NCBI GenBank assembly: GCA_002633005.1
Contig: NMRA01000187.1
Location: forward strand, 305,740 to 369,739
DNA length: 64,000 bases
DNA from: Phoronis australis
Lineage: Eukaryota > Animalia > Phoronida
Direction of reading: 5' to 3'
Of this stretch, positions 62,301 through 64,000 are shown piece after piece. The notes beneath the pieces are model-generated. The model saw nothing but the letters and a program-made list of their open reading frames with translations. It did no database searches and was not told the DNA's origin. Numbering within the stretch: position 1 is the stretch's first letter; each line of letters begins with the position of its first letter. The position numbers and the translations under genes are program-made.

Positions 62301-63745
62301 AGCCGCGAGAGTTTCTCCACGCTTGGCGGTGAAGCGAATTTGTCCTCATTTGTTTGGTTTCTCTCATCTTGAGCCAAAACTAGTTGGCAGGCGAGATGAT
62401 CGGAGCAGTAGCATGATTGATTATCTTCGCTGGGCAATAAAATTTAATTCATCGCCGCGAAATCGTAATTAAAGATTTAATATAGATATAGCATCTTTGT
62501 CGTAATGTCATCTTTTAGAGGCATGCGCTCCGTAGATGCGAGAAAACCACGAAAACGGTAGATCACCCAAGATATCCCTATTAATCATCACAATTAAGCG
62601 AAGTACGTGATCACACACCAGTTTTACTCGCGAAAACCTCAGCTTAGTTGCGTCAACGGGACGTTGCCCAGTTAATGTTTTGCAGCAACCCGTTATCTTT
62701 ACTTGTTGTCACGGCTTGGTTATATGGCGGAACTATTTGATTGACATGTCGGAGCAATCCATTGAGTAAATTGGCGCGCGGCTATCTTTCATTTGAAACA
62801 GGTTAGAGTTCAGTATCTGTCTTGCGGCTAGAAAAATCTATCCTAAGTCACGTGCTCTCATTTAAAATACACGGCAATATCTCACGTAATCTCACGGGGT
62901 CTTGATTTTTAGAGAAGTCCTAGCGTAGGTCCTAGCGTTACTGAACTGTATCCTGAACTCGTTGCGTCTGCGCACTGAGCCGTACTAGTCAAGTCATGAG
63001 AGCTCTCAAACCTGCGTCATGCNTCCCTATTAATCATCACAATTAAGCGAAGTACGTGATCACACACCAGTTTTAATCGCGAAAATCTCAGCTTAGTTGC
63101 GTCAACGGGACGTTGCCCAGTTAATGTTATGCAGCAACCTGTTATCTTTACTTGTTGTCACGCCTTGATTATATGGCGGAACTATTTGATTGACATGTCG
63201 GAGCAATCCATTGAGTAAATTGGCGCGCGGCTATCTTTCATTTGAAACAGGTTAGAGTTCAGTATCTGTCTTGCAGCTAGAAAAATCTATCCTAAGTCAC
63301 GTGCTCTCATTTAAAATACACGGCAATATCTCACGTAATCTCACGGGGTCTTGATTTTTAGAGAAGTCCTAGCGTAGGTCCTAGCGTTACTGAACTGTAT
63401 CCTGAACTCGTTGCGTCTGCGCACTGAGCCGTACTAGTCAAGTCATGAGAGCTCTCAAACCTGCGTCATGCATCACTATGATACGAGCACACGCGAATTG
63501 ATACCTTGTGGGTTATTTGTTGAAACTGGTTTGCTACGCCTCAGATTATCAGAACCAATATGAATTTTGCTATAAAACGAGTATAGTAACAAGACACCTA
63601 CCATCGGCGTCTGCCTCTTCAATCATCTTATCCAGTTCGTCATCAGAAGGATTTTGCCCCAACGACCTCATTACAGTACCCAACTCTTTCGTGGTGACTG
63701 TGCCGTCGCCATCTTTGTCAAAGACAGAGAAAGCTTCTTTAAATT
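59308..63745 (-). CDS. Calmodulin-like protein (four EF-hands), last three coding exons
   Basis: Exons 63745-63602, 60466-60224 and 59336-59308 (all phase 1). Translation [88 protein letters not shown]. The first exons lie beyond the window. Confidence 0.92.
62575..63471. other. 448-bp tandem duplication across a single N (63023); probable allelic overlap
   Basis: 62575-63022 matches 63024-63471 with a few substitutions. Confidence 0.85.
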
Positions 63746-64000
63746 CTGTAAAAAGCATTTCCCAAAATTTACTACCCGCCACCGTACGACGAACTAGGTT
63801 TGTTCGATGCTGTGACGCTGCCGACATTCTCCGACCGAAAAATGCTGACAATATGGGCATGTAAGTTCACTCACATTTCTTGGAGAGACGATGATAGCAA
63901 GTGAAGAATCAGCGAGTCAGATATGAACCGTAGAAGTTCAGATTTAGTTGATGAAAATGAAGATGAAATTAGATTTTGACGTATTACAGCCTAATTGAAG

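Overview
Intron-rich, AT-rich invertebrate animal genomic DNA from a draft assembly, with two sized gaps and five single-N joins (four of them flanked by duplicated sequence). Five host genes are visible: (1) the last three coding exons of an ENPP-family phosphodiesterase (+, 519-3785); (2) a complete isopenicillin-N-synthase-like 2OG-Fe(II) dioxygenase with two coding exons (+, 19773-21634); (3) a 14-exon, about 981-aa hydantoinase/oxoprolinase-DUF917 fusion (-, 39885-24472) converging on the dioxygenase; (4) seven internal exons of TDP1 (+, 51957-57599); (5) three exons of a divergent calmodulin-like gene (-, 63745-59308) that may sit inside a TDP1 intron. The most striking element is a 4.75-kb, apparently young hAT transposon (26163-30917) in intron 12 of the hydantoinase gene. 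It has 15-bp TIRs and a 5-bp target duplication instead of the usual 8 bp. Its spliced ORF of about 1174 aa joins an OTU/vertnin-like cysteine-protease domain and a canonical PCNA-binding PIP box to an intact DDE transposase. The rest is decayed and nested mobile DNA (Sola3, Harbinger, hAT, IS3EU-like, L1/Tx1, another LINE, Penelope with a hammerhead relic, an LTR, MITEs) and minisatellites. All family assignments come from motif recognition by eye; no database searches were run.
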